Positions 10,450-18,224 of a stretch of DNA of 18,224 nt are shown one piece after another. The translations under genes were made by a program, and so were the position numbers. The notes below the pieces were generated by a model that was not told the origin of the DNA, searched no databases, and saw only the letters and a list, made by a program, of their open reading frames with translations. This stretch comes from a virus (lineage: Duplodnaviria; Heunggongvirae; Uroviricota; Caudoviricetes). The stretch lies in IMG/VR virus record IMGVR_UViG_2802429235_000008; one strand, given 5' to 3'. How positions within the stretch are numbered: position 1 is the first letter of the stretch; every line of letters starts with the position of its first letter.

Positions 10450-11028
10450 ATGGCCATAAAAGGTCTTGAGCAGGCCGTTGAAAACCTCAGTTGTATCAGC
10501 AAAACGGCGGTGCCTGGTGCGTCAGCAATGGCCATTAACCGCGTTGCTTCATCCGCGATATCGCAGTCTGCGTCACAGGTTGCCCGTGAGACAAAGGTAC
10601 GCCGGAAACTGGTAAAGGAAAGGGCCAGGCTGAAAAGGGCCACGGTTAAAAATCCGCAGGCCAGAATCAAGGTTAACCGGGGGGATTTGCCCGTAATCAA
10701 GCTGGGGAATGCGCGGGTTGTCCTGTCCCGCCGCAGGCGTCGTAAAAAGGGGCAGCGTTCATCCCTGAAAGGTGGCGGCAGCGTGCTTGTGGTGGGTAAC
10801 CGTCGTATTCCCGGCGCGTTTATTCAGCAACTGAAAAATGGCCGGTGGCATGTCATGCAGCGTGTGGCCGGGAAAAACCGTTACCCCATTGATGTGGTGA
10901 AAATCCCGATGGCGGTGCCACTGACCACGGCGTTTAAACAGAATATTGAGCGGATACGGCGTGAGCGTCTTCCGAAAGAGCTGGGCTATGCGCTGCAGCA
11001 TCAACTGAGAATGGTAATAAAGCGATGA
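10450..11028 (+). CDS. Z: Tail completion protein Z, 192 aa
   Basis: ATG 10450 with AAGGGGGA SD; highly basic stretch (RRRRRKKGQR); 192 aa as in lambda gpZ. Confidence 0.9.
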   Translation: MAIKGLEQAVENLSCISKTAVPGASAMAINRVASSAISQSASQVARETKVRRKLVKERARLKRATVKNPQARIKVNRGDLPVIKLGNARVVLSRRRRRKKGQRSSLKGGGSVLVVGNRRIPGAFIQQLKNGRWHVMQRVAGKNRYPIDVVKIPMAVPLTTAFKQNIERIRRERLPKELGYALQHQLRMVIKR

Positions 11029-11420
11029 AACATACTGAACTCCGTGCAGCCGTACTGGATGCACTGGAGAAGCATGATACAGGGGCGACGCTTTTTGATG
11101 GTCGCCCCGCTGTTTTTGATGAGGAAGATTTTCCGGCAATTGCCGTTTATCTCACCGGCGCTGAATACACGGGCGAAGAGCTGGACAGCGATACCTGGCA
11201 GGCGGAGCTGCATATTGAAGTTTTCCTGCCTGCTCAGGTGCCGGATTCAGAGCTGGATTCGTGGATGGAGTCCCGGATTTATCCGGTGATGAGCGATATC
11301 CCGGCACTGTCAGATTTGATCACCAGTATGGTGGCCAGTGGCTATGACTACCGGCGCGACGATGATGCGGGCCTGTGGAGTTCAGCCGATCTGACTTATG
11401 TCATTACCTATGAAATGTGA
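11025..11420 (+). CDS. U: Tail terminator protein U, 131 aa
   Basis: ATG 11025 overlaps the Z stop (ATGA); 131 aa, recognised as lambda gpU. Confidence 0.9.
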   Translation: MKHTELRAAVLDALEKHDTGATLFDGRPAVFDEEDFPAIAVYLTGAEYTGEELDSDTWQAELHIEVFLPAQVPDSELDSWMESRIYPVMSDIPALSDLITSMVASGYDYRRDDDAGLWSSADLTYVITYEM

Positions 11421-11427
11421 GGACGCT

Positions 11428-12168
11428 ATGCCTGTACCAAATCCAGTAATGCCGGTGAAAGGTGCCGGGATCACACTGTGGGTTTATAAGGGGAACGGTG
11501 ACCCTTATGCGAATCCGCTTTCAGACGTTGACTGGTCGCGTCTGGCAAAAGTTAAAGACCTGACGCCCGGCGAACTGACCGCTGAGTCCTATGACGACAG
11601 CTATCTCGATGATGAAGATGCAGACTGGACTGCGACCGGGCAGGGGCAGAAATCTGCCGGAGATACCAGCTTCACGCTGGCGTGGATGCCCGGAGAGCAG
11701 GGGCAGCAGGCGCTGCTGGCGTGGTTTAATGAAGGCGATACCCGTGCCTATAAAATCCGCTTCCCGAACGGCACGGTCGATGTGTTCCGTGGCTGGGTCA
11801 GCAGTATCGGTAAGGCGGTGACGGCGAAGGAAGTGATCACCCGCACGGTGAAAGTCACCAATGTGGGACGTCCGTCGATGGCAGAAGATCGCAGCACGGT
11901 AACAGCGGCAACCGGCATGACCGTGACGCCTGCCAGCACCTCGGTGGTGAAAGGGCAGAGCACCACGCTGACCGTGGCCTTCCAGCCGGAGGGCGTAACC
12001 GACAAGAGCTTTCGTGCGGTGTCTGCGGATAAAACAAAAGCCACCGTGTCGGTCAGTGGTATGACCATCACCGTGAACGGCGTTGCTGCAGGCAAGGTCA
12101 ACATTCCGGTTGTATCCGGTAATGGTGAATTTGCTGCGGTTGCAGAAATTACCGTCACCGCCAGTTAA
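11428..12168 (+). CDS. V: Major tail tube protein V, 246 aa, with C-terminal Ig-like domain
   Basis: ATG 11428 with GAGGA SD ([14 protein letters not shown]...); 246 aa; the C-terminal third ([21 protein letters not shown]...) is a Big_2/Ig-like region as in lambda gpV. Confidence 0.9.
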   Translation: MPVPNPVMPVKGAGITLWVYKGNGDPYANPLSDVDWSRLAKVKDLTPGELTAESYDDSYLDDEDADWTATGQGQKSAGDTSFTLAWMPGEQGQQALLAWFNEGDTRAYKIRFPNGTVDVFRGWVSSIGKAVTAKEVITRTVKVTNVGRPSMAEDRSTVTAATGMTVTPASTSVVKGQSTTLTVAFQPEGVTDKSFRAVSADKTKATVSVSGMTITVNGVAAGKVNIPVVSGNGEFAAVAEITVTAS

Positions 12169-12183
12169 TCCGGAGAGTCAGAG

Positions 12184-12606
12184 ATGTTCCTGAAAACCGA
12201 ATCATTTGAACATAACGGTGTGACCGTCACGCTTTCTGAACTGTCAGCCCTGCAGCGTATTGAGCATCTCGCTCTGATGAAACGGCAGGCAGAACAGGCG
12301 GAGTCAGACAGCAACCGGAAGTTTACTGTGGAAGACGCCATCAGAACCGGCGCGTTTCTGGTGGCGATGTCCCTGTGGCATAACCATCCGCAGAAGACGC
12401 AGATGCCGTCCATGAATGAAGCCGTTAAACAGATTGAGCAGGAAGTGCTTACCACCTGGCCCACAGAGGCAATTTCTCATGCTGAAAACGTGGTGTACCG
12501 GCTGTCCGGTATGTATGAGTTTGTTGTGAATAATGCCCCTGAACAGACAGAGGACGCCGGGCCTGCAGAGCCTGTTTCTGCGGGAAAGTGTTCGACGGTG
12601 AGCTGA
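12184..12606 (+). CDS. G: Tail assembly chaperone G, 140 aa
   Basis: ATG 12184 with GGAGAG SD; 140 aa, recognised as lambda gpG. Confidence 0.9.
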   Translation: MFLKTESFEHNGVTVTLSELSALQRIEHLALMKRQAEQAESDSNRKFTVEDAIRTGAFLVAMSLWHNHPQKTQMPSMNEAVKQIEQEVLTTWPTEAISHAENVVYRLSGMYEFVVNNAPEQTEDAGPAEPVSAGKCSTVS

Positions 12607-13022
12607 GTTTTGCCCTGAAACTGGCGCGTGAGATGGGGCGACCCGACTGGCGTGCCATGCTTGCCGGGATGTCATCCACGGAGTATGCCGACTGGCACCG
12701 CTTTTACAGTACCCATTATTTTCATGATGTTCTGCTGGATATGCACTTTTCCGGGCTGACGTACACCGTGCTCAGCCTGTTTTTCAGCGATCCGGATATG
12801 CATCCGCTGGATTTCAGTTTGCTGAACCGGCGTGAGGCTGACGAAGAGCCTGAAGATGATGTGCTGATGCAGAAAGCGGCAGGGCTTGCCGGAGGTGTCC
12901 GCTTTGGCCCGGACGGGAATGAAGTTATCCCTACTTCCCCGGATGTGGCGGACATGACGGAGGATGACGTAATGCTGATAACAGTATCAGAAGGGATCGC
13001 AGGAGGAGTCCGGTATGGCTGA
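12184..13022 (+). CDS. T: Tail assembly chaperone G-T fusion made by -1 frameshift at 12582-12588
   Basis: The -1 frame downstream of the slippery site encodes the T segment (...LSFALKLAREMGRPDWRAMLAGMSSTEYADWHRFYS...) ending TGA 13020-13022. Total span 839 nt, the same as lambda G-T as I recall it. Confidence 0.8.
12582..12588 (+). promoter_or_regulatory. Programmed -1 ribosomal frameshift slippery heptamer G_GGA_AAG
   Basis: GGGAAAG at 12582-12588 is in the G zero frame as G GGA AAG, 6 codons before the G stop. The -1 frame is open from here to 13022. Confidence 0.8.
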
Positions 13023-15576
13023 ACCGGTAGGCGATCTGGTCGTTGATTTGAGTCTGGATGCGGCCAGATTTGACGAGCAGATGGCCAGAGTCAGGCGTCA
13101 TTTTTCCGGTACGGAAAGTGATGCGAAAAAAACAGCGGCAGTCGTTGAACAGTCGATGAACCGGCAGGCGCTGGCTGCACAGAAAGCGGGAATTTCCGTC
13201 GGGCAGTATAAAGCCGCCATGCGTATGCTGCCTGCGCAGTTCACTGACGTGGCCACGCAGCTTGCAGGCGGGCAAAGTCCGTGGCTGATCCTGCTGCAAC
13301 AGGGGGGTCAGGTGAAGGACTCCTTCGGCGGGATGATCCCCATGTTCCGGGGGCTTGCCGGTGCGATCACCCTGCCGATGGTGGGGGTCACCTCGCTGGC
13401 GGTGGCGACCGGTGCGCTGGCGTATGCCTGGTATCAGGGCAACTCAACCCTGTCCGATTTCAACAAAACGCTGGTCCTTTCCGGCAATCAGGCCGGGCTG
13501 ACGGCAGATCGTATGCTGGTCCTGTCCAGAGCCGGGCAGGCGGCAGGGCTGACGTTTAACCAGACCAGCGAGTCACTCAGCGCACTGGTTAAGGCGGGGG
13601 TAAGCGGTGAGGCTCAGATTGCGTCCATCAGCCAGAGTGTGGCGCGTTTCTCCTCTGCATCCGGCGTGGAGGTGGACAAGGTCGCTGAAGCCTTCGGGAA
13701 GCTGACCACTGACCCGACGTCGGGGCTGACAGCGATGGCGCGCCAGTTCCATAACGTGACGGCGGAGCAGATTGCGTATGTTGCTCAGTTGCAGCGTTCC
13801 GGCGAAGAAGCCGGGGCATTGCAGGCGGCGAACGAGGCCGCGACGAAAGGGTTTGATGACCAGACCCGCCGCCTGAAAGAGAACATGGGCACGCTGGAAA
13901 CCTGGGCAGACAGGACAGCACGGGCATTCAAATCCATGTGGGATGCGGTGCTGGATATTGGTCGTCCTGATACCGCGCAGGAGATGCTGATTAAGGCAGA
14001 GGCCGCGTTTAAGAAAGCGGACGATATCTGGAATCTGCGCAAGGATGATTATTTTGTTAACGATGAAGCGCGGGCGCGTTACTGGGATGATCGTGAAAAG
14101 GCCCGTCTTGCGCTTGAAGCCGCCCGAAAGAAGGCTGAGCAGCAGAGTCAACAGGACAAAAATGCGCAGCAGCAGAGCGATACCGAAGCGTCACGGCTGA
14201 AATATACCGAAGAGGCGCAGAAGGCTTACGAACGCCTGCAGACGCCGCTGGAGAAATATACCGCCCGTCAGGAAGAACTGAATAAGGCACTGAAAGACGG
14301 GAAAATCCTGCAGGCAGATTACAACACGCTGATGGCGGCGGCGAAAAAGGATTATGAAGCGACGCTGAAAAAGCCGAAGCAGTCCGGCGTGAAGGTGTCT
14401 GCGGGCGATCGTCAGGAAGACAGTGCTCATGCTGCCCTGCTGACGCTTCAGGCAGAACTCCGGACACTGGAGAAGCATGCCGGAGCGAATGAGAAAATCA
14501 GCCAGCAGCGCCGGGATTTATGGAAGGCAGAAAGTCAGTTCGCGGTACTGGAGGAGACAGCGCAACGTCGCCAGCTGTCTGCACAGGAGAAATCCCTGCT
14601 GGCGCATAAAGACGAGACGCTGGAGTACAAACGCCAGCTGGCTGCACTTGGTGACAAGGTTACGTATCAGGAGCGCCTGAACGCGCTGGCGCAGCAGGCG
14701 GATAAATTCGCACAGCAGCAACGGGCAAAACGGGTAGCCATTGAGGCGAAAAACCGGGGGCTGACTGACCGGCAGGCAGCGCGGGAAGCCACAGAACAGC
14801 GCCTGAAGGAACAGTATGGCGATAATCCTCTGGCGCTGAATAATGTCATGTCAGAGCAGAAAAAGACCTGGGCAGCTGAAGACCAGCTTCGCGGGAGCTG
14901 GATGGCAGCCCTGAAGTCCGGCTGGAGTGAGTGGGAAGAGAGCGCCACGGACAGTATGTCGCAGGTAAAAAGTGCAGCCACGCAGACCTTTGATGGTATT
15001 GCGCAAAATATGGCGGCGATGCTGACCGGCAGTGAACAGAACTGGCGTAGCTTCACCCGATCCGTGCTGTCCATGATGACAGAAATTCTGCTTAAGCAGG
15101 CAATGGTGGGGATTGTCGGGAGTATCGGCAGCGCCATTGGCGGTGCTACCGGTGGCGGGGCATCAGCGTCAGGTGGTACAGCCATTCAGGCCGCTGCTGC
15201 GAAACTCCATTTTGCGACCGGGGGATTTACGGGAACCGGTGGCAAATATGAACCTGCCGGGATTGTTCACCGTGGTGAATTTGTCTTCACGAAGGAGGCA
15301 ACCAGCCGGATTGGCGTGGGGAATCTCTACCGGCTGATGCGCGGCTATGCCACCGGCGGTTATGTCGGTACACCGGGCAGCATGGCGGACAGTCGGTCGC
15401 AGGCGTCCGGGAAGTTTGAGCAGAATAACCATGTGGTGATTAACAACGACGGCACGAACGGTCAGATAGGGCCACAGGCGCTGAAGGCGGTTTATGACGT
15501 AGCCCGTAAGGCGGCAATGGATGTTGTGACCGGGCAGATGCGTGATGGTGGTCTGTTCTCTGGAGGTGGACGATGA
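13015..15576 (+). CDS. H: Tail tape measure protein H, 853 aa
   Basis: ATG 13015 with AGGAGGAG SD, overlapping the T end; 853 aa as in lambda gpH; long predicted helical/coiled-coil middle and a Gly-rich C-terminal part. Confidence 0.95.
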   Translation: MAEPVGDLVVDLSLDAARFDEQMARVRRHFSGTESDAKKTAAVVEQSMNRQALAAQKAGISVGQYKAAMRMLPAQFTDVATQLAGGQSPWLILLQQGGQVKDSFGGMIPMFRGLAGAITLPMVGVTSLAVATGALAYAWYQGNSTLSDFNKTLVLSGNQAGLTADRMLVLSRAGQAAGLTFNQTSESLSALVKAGVSGEAQIASISQSVARFSSASGVEVDKVAEAFGKLTTDPTSGLTAMARQFHNVTAEQIAYVAQLQRSGEEAGALQAANEAATKGFDDQTRRLKENMGTLETWADRTARAFKSMWDAVLDIGRPDTAQEMLIKAEAAFKKADDIWNLRKDDYFVNDEARARYWDDREKARLALEAARKKAEQQSQQDKNAQQQSDTEASRLKYTEEAQKAYERLQTPLEKYTARQEELNKALKDGKILQADYNTLMAAAKKDYEATLKKPKQSGVKVSAGDRQEDSAHAALLTLQAELRTLEKHAGANEKISQQRRDLWKAESQFAVLEETAQRRQLSAQEKSLLAHKDETLEYKRQLAALGDKVTYQERLNALAQQADKFAQQQRAKRVAIEAKNRGLTDRQAAREATEQRLKEQYGDNPLALNNVMSEQKKTWAAEDQLRGSWMAALKSGWSEWEESATDSMSQVKSAATQTFDGIAQNMAAMLTGSEQNWRSFTRSVLSMMTEILLKQAMVGIVGSIGSAIGGATGGGASASGGTAIQAAAAKLHFATGGFTGTGGKYEPAGIVHRGEFVFTKEATSRIGVGNLYRLMRGYATGGYVGTPGSMADSRSQASGKFEQNNHVVINNDGTNGQIGPQALKAVYDVARKAAMDVVTGQMRDGGLFSGGGR

Positions 15577-15902
15577 AAACCTTCCGCTGGAAAGTGAAAC
15601 CGGGTATGGATGTGGCTTCGACTCCTTCCGTCAGGGAGGTGCGCTTTGGTGATGGTTACTCCCAGCGCGCGCCTGCCGGGCTGAATGCCAACCTGAAAAC
15701 GTACAGCGTGACGATTTCTGTCCCCCGTTGGGAGGCCACGGCGCTGGAATCGTTTCTGGCAGAGCACGGAGGCTGGAAAGCCTTTCTGTGGACGCCGCCT
15801 TATGACTGGCGGCAGATAAAGGTGATCTGCGCAAAATGGACGTCGCGGGTCAGTATGCTGCGTGTTGAGTTCAGCGCAGAGTTTAAACAGGTGGTGAACT
15901 GA
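15573..15902 (+). CDS. M: Tail tip protein M, 109 aa
   Basis: ATG 15573 overlaps the H stop (ATGA), GGAGGTGGA SD; recognised as lambda gpM. Confidence 0.9.
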   Translation: MKTFRWKVKPGMDVASTPSVREVRFGDGYSQRAPAGLNANLKTYSVTISVPRWEATALESFLAEHGGWKAFLWTPPYDWRQIKVICAKWTSRVSMLRVEFSAEFKQVVN

Positions 15903-16600
15903 TGCAGGATATCCGGCAGGAAACACTGAATGAATGCACCCGTGCGGAGCAGTCGGCCAGCGTGGTGCTCTGGGAAATCGATCTGACAGAGGTCGGTGGT
16001 GAACGTTATTTTTTCTGTAATGAGCAGAACGAAAAAGGTGAGCCGGTTACCTGGCAGGGGCGGCAGTATCTGGCGTATCCCATTCAGGGGAGTGGTTTTG
16101 AACTGAATGGCAAAGGCACCAGTACGCGCCCCACGCTGGCAGTCTCTAACCTGTACGGCATGGTCACCGGGATGGCGGAAGATCTGCAGAGTCTGGTCGG
16201 CGGAACGGTGGTCAGGCGTAAGGTTTACGCCCGTTTTCTGGATGCGGTGAACTTCGTCAACGGAAACAGTGATGCCGATCCGGAGCAGGAGGTGATCAGC
16301 CGCTGGCGCATCGAGCAGTGCAGCGAACTGAGCGCGGTCAGTGCCTCCTTTGTGTTGTCCACACCAACGGAAACGGATGGTGCTGTTTTTCCGGGGCGCA
16401 TCATGCTGGCCAACACCTGCACCTGGACCTATCGCGGTGATGAGTGCGGTTATAACGGTCCGGCTGTCGCTGATGAATATGACCAGCCGACGTCCGATAT
16501 CACGAAGGATAAATGCAGCAAATGCCTGAGTGGCTGTAAGTTTCGCAATAACGTCGGCAACTTTGGCGGCTTCCTTTCCATTAACAAACTTTCGCAGTAA
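15902..16600 (+). CDS. L: Tail tip protein L, 232 aa, with C-terminal Cys cluster
   Basis: ATG 15902 overlaps the M stop (TGATG); 232 aa. C-terminal cysteines (CTWTYRGDECGYNG...DKCSKCLSGCKF) are consistent with the iron-sulfur cluster reported for lambda gpL. Confidence 0.9.
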   Translation: MQDIRQETLNECTRAEQSASVVLWEIDLTEVGGERYFFCNEQNEKGEPVTWQGRQYLAYPIQGSGFELNGKGTSTRPTLAVSNLYGMVTGMAEDLQSLVGGTVVRRKVYARFLDAVNFVNGNSDADPEQEVISRWRIEQCSELSAVSASFVLSTPTETDGAVFPGRIMLANTCTWTYRGDECGYNGPAVADEYDQPTSDITKDKCSKCLSGCKFRNNVGNFGGFLSINKLSQ

Positions 16601-16605
16601 ATCCC

Positions 16606-17349
16606 ATGACAGAGACAGAATCAGCGATTCTGGCGCACGCCCGGCGATGTGCGCCAGCGGAGTCGTGCGGCTTCGTGGTGAGAACGCCGGAGGGAGACAG
16701 ATATCTTCCCTGCGTAAATATCTCTGGTGAGCCGGAGGAGTATTTCCGGATGTCGCCGGAGGACTGGTTGCGGGCAGAAATGCAGGGTGAGATTGTGGCG
16801 CTGGTGCACAGCCATCCCGGTGGTCTGCTCTGGCTGAGTGAGGCCGACCGGCGACTGCAGGTGCAGAGTGATTTGCCGTGGTGGCTGGTCTGCCGGGGGG
16901 CGATTCATAAGTTCCGCTGTGTGCCGCATCTCACCGGGCGGCGCTTTGAGCACGGGGTGACGGACTGTTACACGCTGTTCCGGGATGCTTATCATCTGGC
17001 GGGGATTGAGATGCCGGATTTTCATCGCGAGGATGACTGGTGGCGTAACGGTCAGAATCTCTATCTGGATAATCTGGAGGCCACAGGGCTGTATCAGGTG
17101 CCGTTGTCATCAGCACAACCGGGCGATGTGCTGCTGTGCTGTTTTGGTTCATCGGTGCCGAATCATGCCGCCATTTACTGTGGTGACGGCGAGCTGCTGC
17201 ACCATATTCCTGAACAACTGAGTAAACGAGAGAGGTATACCGACAAATGGCAGCGACGCACACACTCCCTCTGGCGTCACCGGGCATGGCGCGCATCTGC
17301 CTTTACGGGGATTTACAACGATTTGGCCGCCGCATCGACCTTCGTGTGA
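16606..17349 (+). CDS. K: Tail tip assembly protein K, 247-aa form with JAB/MPN and NlpC/P60 motifs
   Basis: ATG 16606, 6 nt after the L stop; frame open to 17349. N-terminal HARRCAPAESCGF (ExCG-type) followed by HSHPGGLLWLSEAD (HxH...S..D JAMM motif); NlpC/P60-like Cys (VTDCYTLF) and His (PNHAAIY) downstream. The classical lambda K start corresponds to the internal ATG at 16750 (MSPEDW...). Confidence 0.8.
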   Translation: MTETESAILAHARRCAPAESCGFVVRTPEGDRYLPCVNISGEPEEYFRMSPEDWLRAEMQGEIVALVHSHPGGLLWLSEADRRLQVQSDLPWWLVCRGAIHKFRCVPHLTGRRFEHGVTDCYTLFRDAYHLAGIEMPDFHREDDWWRNGQNLYLDNLEATGLYQVPLSSAQPGDVLLCCFGSSVPNHAAIYCGDGELLHHIPEQLSKRERYTDKWQRRTHSLWRHRAWRASAFTGIYNDLAAASTFV

Positions 17350-17918
17350 AAACGGGGGCTGAAGCCATCCGGGCACTGGCCACACAGCTCCCGGCGTTTC
17401 GTCAGAAACTGAGCGACGGCTGGTATCAGGTACGGATTGCCGGGCGGGATGTCAGCACGTCCGGGTTAACGGCGCAGTTACATGAGACTCTGCCTGATGG
17501 CGCTGTGATTCATATTGTTCCCAGAGTCGCCGGGGCCAAGTCAGGTGGTGTATTCCAGATTGTCCTGGGAGCAGCCGCCATTGCCGGATCATTCTTTACC
17601 GCCGGAGCCACCCTTGCAGCATGGGGGGCTGCCATTGGTGCCGGTGGTATGACCGGCATTCTGTTTTCTCTCGGTGCCAGTATGGTGCTCGGCGGTGTGG
17701 CTCAGATGCTGGCACCGAAAGCCAGAACTCCCCGCACACAGACAACGGATAACGGTAAGCAGAACACCTATTTCTCCTCACTGGATAACATGGTTGCCCA
17801 GGGCAATGTCCTGCCTGTTCTGTACGGTGAAATGCGCGTGGGGTCACGTGTGGCATCTCAGGAGATCAGCACGGCAGATGAAGGGGACGGTGGTCAGGTT
17901 GTGGTGATTGGTCGATGA
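17247..17918 (+). CDS. I: Tail tip assembly protein I, 223 aa
   Basis: ATG 17247 with GAGAGG SD, 103-nt out-of-frame overlap with the K 3' end; 223 aa as in lambda gpI; hydrophobic Gly/Ala-rich C-terminal half. Confidence 0.9.
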   Translation: MAATHTLPLASPGMARICLYGDLQRFGRRIDLRVKTGAEAIRALATQLPAFRQKLSDGWYQVRIAGRDVSTSGLTAQLHETLPDGAVIHIVPRVAGAKSGGVFQIVLGAAAIAGSFFTAGATLAAWGAAIGAGGMTGILFSLGASMVLGGVAQMLAPKARTPRTQTTDNGKQNTYFSSLDNMVAQGNVLPVLYGEMRVGSRVASQEISTADEGDGGQVVVIGR

Positions 17919-17934
17919 TGCAAAATATTTTATG

Positions 17935-17962
17935 TGAAACCGCCTGCGGGCGGTTTTGTCGT
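17935..17962 (+). terminator. Hairpin plus T-rich tract between I and J
   Basis: AAACCGCC-TGCG-GGCGGTTT stem-loop followed by TGTCGTTT, read directly from sequence. Weak U-tract, function uncertain. Confidence 0.3.
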
Positions 17963-17978
17963 TTATGGAGCATGACGA

Positions 17979-18224
17979 ATGGGTAAAGGCAGCAGTAAGG
18001 GGCATACCCCGCGCGAAGCGAAGGACAACCTGAAATCCACGCAATTACTGAGTGTGATCGATGCCATCAGCGAAGAGCCGGTTGAAGGTCCGGTGGATGG
18101 ATTAAAAAGCGTGCTGCTGAACAGTACACCGGTGCTGGACAGTGAGGGGAATACCAATATCTCCGGTGTTACGGTGGTGTTCCGGGCAGGTGAGCAGGAG
18201 CAGACACCGCCGGAGGGATTTGAA
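17979..18224 (+). CDS. J: Central tail fibre / host-specificity protein J, N-terminal 82 codons (runs off window end)
   Basis: ATG 17979 (MGKGSSKGHTPREAKDNLKSTQLLSVIDAISEEP...), open to the end of the window. Recognised as the lambda gpJ N-terminus. Absent from the ORF track because no stop lies in the window. Confidence 0.85.
   Translation, partial: MGKGSSKGHTPREAKDNLKSTQLLSVIDAISEEPVEGPVDGLKSVLLNSTPVLDSEGNTNISGVTVVFRAGEQEQTPPEGFE

Noticed and set aside
13573-14151. 192-aa reverse-strand ORF, plus other - strand and alternate-frame ORFs (13281-13559, 14057-14467, 14667-15185) inside H
   Set aside because: All overlap the tape measure gene, whose product length matches lambda gpH; no start signals.
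16621-17296. Reverse-strand ORFs (134 aa and 121 aa) inside K and I
   Set aside because: Antisense to well-supported genes; no independent evidence.
16750-17349. Classical short K (199 aa) starting at ATG 16750
   Set aside because: Not wrong as an annotation convention, but the frame is open from 16606 and the upstream 48 codons carry a conserved JAB-domain motif, so I call the long form.

Overview
This window is a contiguous stretch of the late region of a lambda-family (lambdoid) tailed phage or prophage, and I do not see evidence for a novel system in it. Reading left to right: a phage-21-type lysis cassette (pinholin S, SAR endolysin R, spanins Rz with embedded Rz1), the reverse-strand bor lipoprotein moron, about 1 kb of poorly assignable sequence with small ORFs, the cos packaging site (cosN plus cosB), then an essentially complete lambda-type morphogenesis operon on the + strand (nu1, A, W, B, C/nu3, D, E, FI, FII, Z, U, V, G/G-T, H, M, L, K, I) ending in the first 82 codons of J. 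Gene lengths, overlaps and order match the lambda late operon as I recall it, so most calls rest on recognising these proteins from memory; no searches were run. The points most worth a second look are: a cosN core that appears to differ from the canonical lambda cohesive end at 5 of 12 positions; a K reading frame that is open from 6 nt after L (48 codons longer than the classical lambda K annotation); and the unassigned bor-to-cos segment, which is where any uncharacterised cargo would be.
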